From positions 3,934 through 67,933 of the forward strand of contig JBGAML010000022.1 in assembly GCA_044223005.1 (NCBI GenBank): 64,000 bases of DNA, in the 5' to 3' direction. The stretch is from Candidatus Eiseniibacteriota bacterium. Its GTDB lineage: Bacteria; Eisenbacteria; RBG-16-71-46. Each line of letters starts with the position of its first letter. Within the stretch, counting starts at the first letter, position 1. The notes below the pieces were generated by a model. It worked only from the letters and a program-made list of their open reading frames with translations. It made no database searches and was not told the origin of the DNA. A program made the translations under genes and the position numbers. Below are positions 58,409-64,000 of the stretch, in pieces.

Positions 58409-59158
58409 CTACAACTCCACGTCGCGGTGCACGTCCTTGTAGTAGAGGTACCGCGCGGGCACGGCGCCGGTCGCGTAGAAGGACTGCGGCACGTAGGGGC
58501 CCATCCAGATGAAGTCGCTCGCGTCGACTTCCATCCACTCGCGGCCCAGGTAGTAGACGCCCTGGCCCTGCAGCATCACGAGCCCGTGCTCCATCACGTG
58601 CGTCTCGGTGATGGGCAGCGACGAGCCGGACGGGAACGTGAAGATGTTCATCGCCATGTCCCACGCGGGCTCTGCGGGCAGCAACGTCTTCAGGATCACG
58701 CCCTCGATCCCCATGTACGTCTCGCCCGCGATCTGGCGCTCGTTGCCCACCACGTCGTGGGGCGGGTTCGGCCCCCACGGCACGTAGCGCTTGCGCAGCC
58801 AGAGCAGGTGCGCGCCCTGCGCGCCGGTGTGGATCTCGAACTTCGATCCCGGGTGCATGTACGCGAATCCCCCTGGCGTCAGCGTGTAGCCCATGCCGTT
58901 CAGGTCGAGCTTGATCTCGCCTTCCTGCACGAACACGAACGCCTCGATCGCGGGATCGAGCGCCTGCTCGGTGCCGCCGCGCGGCGTGAGCACCAGGTCG
59001 TACTGCGCGAACTTCGCGCCCATGGCGGGCGCGGCGAGGATCTTCGCCGTCGTCTCCTGCCAGTCGGGCAGCACGCTGTCGGCCATGCCGGCCATGGTCA
59101 GCAGCGCCCAGTTCCGCTCCACCCGCGACCGGTTCCCCACCAGCCCCTGCCGTGACAT
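58409..59158 (-). CDS. allE: (S)-ureidoglycine aminohydrolase
   Basis: ATG 59158 after GGAGGA; bicupin with GAKFAQY, ETHVMEHG, FIWMGPYVPQ, YLYYKDVHR. Confidence 0.92.
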   Translation of the reverse strand: MSRQGLVGNRSRVERNWALLTMAGMADSVLPDWQETTAKILAAPAMGAKFAQYDLVLTPRGGTEQALDPAIEAFVFVQEGEIKLDLNGMGYTLTPGGFAYMHPGSKFEIHTGAQGAHLLWLRKRYVPWGPNPPHDVVGNERQIAGETYMGIEGVILKTLLPAEPAWDMAMNIFTFPSGSSLPITETHVMEHGLVMLQGQGVYYLGREWMEVDASDFIWMGPYVPQSFYATGAVPARYLYYKDVHRDVEL

Positions 59159-59275
59159 GCTCGATGATCCTCCGGGAGATGACGCCGGGAGCGCCGCTTC
59201 GCTGCTGCGCGCCCGGCCGGAACCGACTACATTCGGCGCCCGTTCGACCCGCACCGTCCAGGAGACCGCCGTAAG

Positions 59276-60715
59276 ATGCGACTCACCGACGACCTCACCC
59301 GCGACGTCCTGGCGCGCCTCGGCGCCGCCAACCGCGCGTTCGCCGCAGACTACCCCGGCGATCCGATCGACCGCCAGCCCGTGCACACGGTCTACGGCGG
59401 CGCTCACCTGTTCGGCGCGGACACGATCGCCAAGCTGGGCGCGGGCGCCCGGCGCTCGCTCGAGGAGTATGCGCCCGACTTCTCGACCTTCGCGCGCGCG
59501 CTGGGGCTGCCCGGCGCGGACAAGCTGCCCAGCGTGCCGGCCGAACGGGCCCGGCTCGAGGCCCGGTTCGCGGCCGATGCCGCGGCCGTGCGGCGCGCCG
59601 AGCCGCAGGCCGCCACGGCCTTCGCGGTGTACGCGCGCGTGCGCGAGAAGCTGGAGCGCGAGGCGGTCGAGGACTTCCGGATCGATTTCGAGGACGGCTA
59701 CGGCAACCGCCCCGACGCCGAGGAGGACGGCCACGCGGTGGCCGACGCCGAGGCCACGGCCGCGGCGATGGCGGCCGGGACGCTCTCGCCCTTCTTCGGC
59801 ATCCGCATCAAGCCCTTCACCGAGGAGCTGCGCGAGCGCGGCATCCGCACGCTGGATCTCTACCTCGCCACGCTGCTCGGCAAATCCGGCGGCAGGCTGC
59901 CGGCGAACTTCGTGGTCACGCTGCCCAAGGTGACGATCCCCGAGCAGGTCGAGACGCTGGTCGCGCTCTTCGAGCTGCTCGAGCGCGAGCACGGCCTCGC
60001 CCCCGGCACGTTGCGCTGCGAGCTGATGGTCGAGACGCCGCAGTCGGTGATCGGGCCCGACGGGCGCGTGCCGCTGCGCGCCCTGGTGGCCGCGGCGAAA
60101 GGCCGTTGCCGGGGCGCGCACCTGGGCGTCTACGACTACACCGCGTCGTGCAACGTGACCGCGCTGCACCAGAATCCCGAGCACCCCGCGTGTGCGTTCG
60201 CGCGCCAGGTGATGCAGGTGGCGCTCGCGGGCACCGGGGTCACGGTCTCCGACGGCGCGGTGACGGTGATGCCGGTCGCGCCGCACCGCGCGCCGGCGGG
60301 CGGGGCTCTGACGCCCGCGCAGGCGGAGGCGAACCGCACCGCCGTGCACGGCGCGTGGAAGACGCACTATGACGCGGTGCGCCGCGCGCTGCGCGAGGCC
60401 TACTACCAGGGCTGGGACCTGCACCCCGGCCAGCTGCCCACGCGGCACGCGGCGGTGATCGCGTTCTTCCTCGAGGGCCGCGACGAGGCCTCGGAGCGGC
60501 TGCGGCTGTTCGTCCAGAAGGCGGCGCAGGCGACGCTGCTCGGCAACGTGTTCGACGACGCGGCGACCGGGCAGGGGCTCTTGAACTTCTTCCTGCGCGG
60601 CATGGCCTGCGGCGCGCTCACCGAGGCCGAGGCGCTGGAGACGGGTCTCACGCTGGAGGAGCTGCGCGGGCGCAGCTTCGTCAAGATCCTCGCGGGCCGG
60701 CGCGCTCGCGGCTGA
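59276..60715 (+). CDS. DUF6986-like HpcH/HpaI aldolase/citrate-lyase-fold protein
   Basis: RQPVHTVYGGAH, EDFRIDFEDGYG, TLPKV, ELMVETP, GVYDYTA, SDGA, YQGWDLHPGQL. Confidence 0.75.
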   Translation: MRLTDDLTRDVLARLGAANRAFAADYPGDPIDRQPVHTVYGGAHLFGADTIAKLGAGARRSLEEYAPDFSTFARALGLPGADKLPSVPAERARLEARFAADAAAVRRAEPQAATAFAVYARVREKLEREAVEDFRIDFEDGYGNRPDAEEDGHAVADAEATAAAMAAGTLSPFFGIRIKPFTEELRERGIRTLDLYLATLLGKSGGRLPANFVVTLPKVTIPEQVETLVALFELLEREHGLAPGTLRCELMVETPQSVIGPDGRVPLRALVAAAKGRCRGAHLGVYDYTASCNVTALHQNPEHPACAFARQVMQVALAGTGVTVSDGAVTVMPVAPHRAPAGGALTPAQAEANRTAVHGAWKTHYDAVRRALREAYYQGWDLHPGQLPTRHAAVIAFFLEGRDEASERLRLFVQKAAQATLLGNVFDDAATGQGLLNFFLRGMACGALTEAEALETGLTLEELRGRSFVKILAGRRARG

Positions 60716-60726
60716 CGCGAAACGAC

Positions 60727-60758
60727 GACGCCCCGCGCGGTGCGCCGCGCGGGGCGTC
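60727..60758. terminator. Hairpin between convergent genes
   Basis: GACGCCCCGCGCGG tgcg CCGCGCGGGGCGTC, a perfect 14-bp stem. Confidence 0.7.
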
Positions 60759-60772
60759 TGCGTGCCCGGCGG

Positions 60773-61114
60773 TCAGCTGCCGCGGTAGGTCGAGAAGCCG
60801 AACGGGCTCAGCAGCAGCGGCACGTGATGGTGCTGCGCGGCGTCGAACACCTCGAACGTGATGACGACGTGCGGCAGGAACGTGCGCGTCCCGGAGGCCG
60901 CGAAGTACTCGCCGGTCGCGAACGCGAGCCGCCAGAGCCCGGCGGCCAGCGTGCCCGGCGCGAGCAGGTCCTTCACGCGGCCGTCGGCGTCGGTCTGCCG
61001 CGTGGCCACGTCGGACCACGCACCGGACGCGTCGCGCCGCGCGAGCGCGACGCCGATGCCCGCGGCGGGACGGCCGGTGGAAAGATCCAGCACGTGGGTG
61101 GTGATGGCGCTCAT
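60773..61114 (-). CDS. uraH: 5-hydroxyisourate hydrolase
   Basis: ITTHVLD, TDADGR, HVPLLLSPFGFSTYRGS. Confidence 0.95.
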   Translation of the reverse strand: MSAITTHVLDLSTGRPAAGIGVALARRDASGAWSDVATRQTDADGRVKDLLAPGTLAAGLWRLAFATGEYFAASGTRTFLPHVVITFEVFDAAQHHHVPLLLSPFGFSTYRGS

Positions 61115-61623
61115 GAGCCCTCCTCGAGCAGCTTGTCCAGCCGCAGGTGCGTGATCATCAGCTGCTGCGCCGCGGCGGCGCGCAGCTCCTCCTCGGGTGC
61201 GTTCTCCATCCGCGCGCGCAGGATCGCGAGCATCTCGGCCGCCGAGCGGCCGGTGGCGCAGACGATGAACGTGCGCCCGTACTTCGCGGTGTAGGCCTCG
61301 TTGCCCTCGGCCAGCGCGGTGAGCGTGGCCTCGTCGGCCTCCGCGGCGCCCTGCTGCTCGCGGCCGGCCCACGCGGCGGTGGTGCGGAACTTCGCGCGCA
61401 GCGCGTCGCGATCGCCGATGCGCGGATGGTGCGCGAACGCCTCCTCCCACGCCTCGGCAGGAAGCGCGTCCCACGTGCGCGCCGCGAGCGCGTGCAGCGC
61501 CTCGCGGTCGGCGTAAGGCCGCGCAGCGAGCATGGCAGCGACCCACGCGCGCGCGCCGCAGCAGCGCTCGAGCGCGACGGCGGCCTCTTCGGTGGGAGCG
61601 GCGTTCAGCTCCGCGAGCGTCAC
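61111..61623 (-). CDS. uraD: OHCU decarboxylase
   Basis: GTGA overlap; HHPRIG, EQ, N..Y..KYG..FIVCATG, ITHLRL. Confidence 0.93.
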   Translation of the reverse strand: MTLAELNAAPTEEAAVALERCCGARAWVAAMLAARPYADREALHALAARTWDALPAEAWEEAFAHHPRIGDRDALRAKFRTTAAWAGREQQGAAEADEATLTALAEGNEAYTAKYGRTFIVCATGRSAAEMLAILRARMENAPEEELRAAAAQQLMITHLRLDKLLEEGS

Positions 61624-62861
61624 GCGGCGCCTCCCGCCCACGCGCCGAGCAGCTCGCGCGCGAAGGCGACGCCGGTCCAGAGCGCGGCCGCGTCGGTGTG
61701 TTCCTCGGGCGCGTGGCTCACGCCGCCCACGCTCGGGACGAACAGCATGAGCGTCTCGGCGCCCGCCTGCGCGAATGCCATCGTGTCGTGGCCCGCGCCG
61801 CTCGCCATGACGCGGTGCTTCAGGCCCCGCGCGCGCGCCATCGCCTCGGCTTCCGCGGCGAGCGCGGTCGAAAGCGGCGTCGGCGCTTCGCCGGCGTCCA
61901 GCGCGACCTCGAGCGCGACGCCACGCCGGGCGGCGATCGCGGTGATGCGTTCGCCGAGCGCGGCGGCGAGCCGGTCGAGCCCGGCGGGGTCGGTGTGCCG
62001 CACCTCGAGCCCCAACGTGCAGCGGCCGGGCACCACGTTGAAGAGCCCGGGCGCGACCTGCGCGAACCCCGCGGTCGCGACCGCGGGCGGGCCGGTCTCG
62101 CGCGCGAGCGCTTCGGCCGCGAGCGTCATCTCGGCCGCGGCGGCGAACGCGTCGCGGCGGCGGTCCATGGGCGTCGTGCCGGCGTGGCGCGGCTCGCCCG
62201 CGATCTCGGCGCGCATGCGGCGATAGCCGGCGATGCGGTCCACGATCCCGAGCGCTTCGCCCGCGGCTTCCAGCACGGGGCCCTGCTCGATGTGCAGCTC
62301 CAGCTCGCGCACGGCGCGGAAGCGCCGCGGCACGGGCGCGCCGTCCGCGGGCGCGGGCGCGGCCCCGCCGCGCGCGCGCACGCGCTCCAGCGCGTCCGCC
62401 CAGCGCACACCGTCACGATCGCGCAGGTCCGCGAGCGCCGAAGGCACCAGCTCGCCCAGCAGCCCGCGCACGCCGGTCAGCGCGGCCGGGAAGCGGCTGC
62501 CCTCCTCCTCGCAGGTGACGAACGCCGCCACGGGCGTCTTCGCGCCCTTCAGCGCCGCCGCGAGCATGAGCCCGGCGATCGTGCCGTAGCCGCCGTCGTA
62601 GGCGCCGCCGCGCGTCACTGTGTCCAGGTGCGAGCCGACGGCGATCACCTGGGCGCCCGCGGGCAGGCCCGGCGGATGCAGCCACAGGTTGCCGATCGCA
62701 TCGGGCGTGGCCTCGAGCCCGAGCGCGGCCGCTTCGGCGCGCAGCCAGGCCTGCGCCTCGCACCACGCGTCGTCGTAGACGAGGCGCGTGACGCCGGGGC
62801 CGGGGCCACGGAACGAGGCGAGCCGCTCGAGGTAAGCCGCGAGAGTGGGCGCGTCGAACAT
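61620..62861 (-). CDS. allC: Allantoate amidohydrolase (M20 hydantoinase/carbamoylase family)
   Basis: ATG 62861; GSHLDTV..GG.YDG, EEEGSRF, ELHIEQGP, HAGTTPM, SGAGHD, GVSH; substrate inferred from context. Confidence 0.85.
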   Translation of the reverse strand: MFDAPTLAAYLERLASFRGPGPGVTRLVYDDAWCEAQAWLRAEAAALGLEATPDAIGNLWLHPPGLPAGAQVIAVGSHLDTVTRGGAYDGGYGTIAGLMLAAALKGAKTPVAAFVTCEEEGSRFPAALTGVRGLLGELVPSALADLRDRDGVRWADALERVRARGGAAPAPADGAPVPRRFRAVRELELHIEQGPVLEAAGEALGIVDRIAGYRRMRAEIAGEPRHAGTTPMDRRRDAFAAAAEMTLAAEALARETGPPAVATAGFAQVAPGLFNVVPGRCTLGLEVRHTDPAGLDRLAAALGERITAIAARRGVALEVALDAGEAPTPLSTALAAEAEAMARARGLKHRVMASGAGHDTMAFAQAGAETLMLFVPSVGGVSHAPEEHTDAAALWTGVAFARELLGAWAGGAA

Positions 62862-62872
62862 GGCGAGAAACG

Positions 62873-64000
62873 CTACGCGAAGGCCTGCGCCGGGTCCACC
62901 GGCGGCGCGCCGTGGCGCAGCCAGAGCCCCGAGGGCTCGCCCACGGGTGCGCCGTCGGCGTAGACGGGGGCGCCGCGCAGCCAGGTGGTGAGCACGCGGC
63001 CCGTCAGCGTGCGGCCGGCGTAGGGCGTCACGGGATGCCGCTGCCGCAGCGCGGACGCGTCGACGGTCCACGTGGCGTCGGGATCGAACGCGACGAGGTC
63101 GGCGTCGTGCCCGCGGATGATCGCGCCCTTGCGCCCCGAGAGCCCCGCGAGCCGTGCGGGCCCCGTGGCCATGGCGGCCGCCACCGTGGCGAGCGGCGTG
63201 CCCAGCTCGCGCAGCGCGGTCCACGTGGCCGCGAGCGAGAGCTCGAGCGAGGCGATGCCGCCCCAGGCGGCGGCGAAGTCGCCCGAATCGAGCGCCTTGA
63301 GCGACGCCGGCGCGGGCGAATGGTCGCTCGCCACCACGCCCAGCTCGGCGTCGTGCACCGCCTCGCGCAGCGCGCGCCGCTCGGCCGCGCCGCGGATCGG
63401 CGGGGCGCACTTGAATGCGGTCGCGCCGTCGGCGATCTCGTCCGCGGCGAACGCGAGGTAGTGCGGGCAGGTCTCGGCGGTGAGCATGGCGTGCGCGGCG
63501 TGCGTGCGCAGGATGGCGTCGAAGCCCTCGCGCACGGCCTGCACCGCGGCCGCCGACGCCACGTGCACGATGTGCACGTGCACGTCGAACTCGGCCGCGA
63601 GCGCGGCGAGCAGCGCGATCGCCTGCACCTCGGCCTCGGGCGGACGGCTCGCGAGCCAGTCGGCGTGGCGGCGCGTCGGCCCCGCGAATGGCCGCAGCGC
63701 CGCGGGCCACTCGGCATGCGCGAGCAGCGGCAGGTGCAGCGCCGCGATCTCGGGCATCGCCTCGCGCAGGTCGGCCTCGCCCACGTGCTCGAACTCGTCG
63801 ACGCCCGAGGGCGAGAGGAAGCACTTGAAGCCCAGCGCACCGACCGCCGCGAGCCCGGCCAGGGCGCTCGCGTTGCCCGGCACGACGCCGCCCCAGAGCC
63901 CGGCGTCCACCTGCAGCGCGCCCGCCATGGCGGCCACCTTGGCGCGCAGCGCGGCGGCATCGGTGGTCGCGGGAATGCTGTTGAGCGGCATGTCGACGAT
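62873..64000 (-). CDS. allB: Allantoinase, 5' end beyond the window edge
   Basis: DMPLNSIP, GFKCFL, HAE, HIVH, ETCPHYL, KCAPPIR, SDHSP, WGGI. Confidence 0.93.
   Translation of the reverse strand: MVDMPLNSIPATTDAAALRAKVAAMAGALQVDAGLWGGVVPGNASALAGLAAVGALGFKCFLSPSGVDEFEHVGEADLREAMPEIAALHLPLLAHAEWPAALRPFAGPTRRHADWLASRPPEAEVQAIALLAALAAEFDVHVHIVHVASAAAVQAVREGFDAILRTHAAHAMLTAETCPHYLAFAADEIADGATAFKCAPPIRGAAERRALREAVHDAELGVVASDHSPAPASLKALDSGDFAAAWGGIASLELSLAATWTALRELGTPLATVAAAMATGPARLAGLSGRKGAIIRGHDADLVAFDPDATWTVDASALRQRHPVTPYAGRTLTGRVLTTWLRGAPVYADGAPVGEPSGLWLRHGAPPVDPAQAFA

Overview
Very GC-rich chromosomal window from a diderm bacterium. Several secreted proteins end in an FlgD-Ig/T9SS-like C-terminal domain, which suggests an FCB-superphylum lineage such as Ca. 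Eisenbacteria (inference). I found no rRNA, intact tRNA, CRISPR array, transposase or integrase. Main contents: (1) 1-3.6 kb: an exported TPR-CHAT (caspase-like) protease, an ECF sigma factor and a zinc anti-sigma. A TGTGAT-N16-CGTT promoter motif lies in front of the sigma and again in front of a 14-repeat FG-GAP surface protein 10 kb away. (2) 4-6.8 kb: a blue-copper protein, a Cyc2-like monoheme cytochrome-porin fusion and a thioredoxin. (3) 14.9-28.7 kb: three [FeFe]-hydrogenases: a sensory hydrogenase fused to a histidine kinase with a phosphorelay, a trimeric HydABC with non-bifurcating signatures, and a GltD-linked dimer. No maturase genes are in the window. (4) Housekeeping and envelope genes (acnA, ompW, LiaF-like/LytS/LytTR, ettA, ispG), two signalling genes with sigma28-like promoters, an L,D-transpeptidase-Mur ligase fusion, a small lower-GC insert, and a urate/allantoin catabolism cluster running off the right edge. 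All calls come from reading motifs by eye; no database search was run. Many start codons were re-picked from the ORF track.
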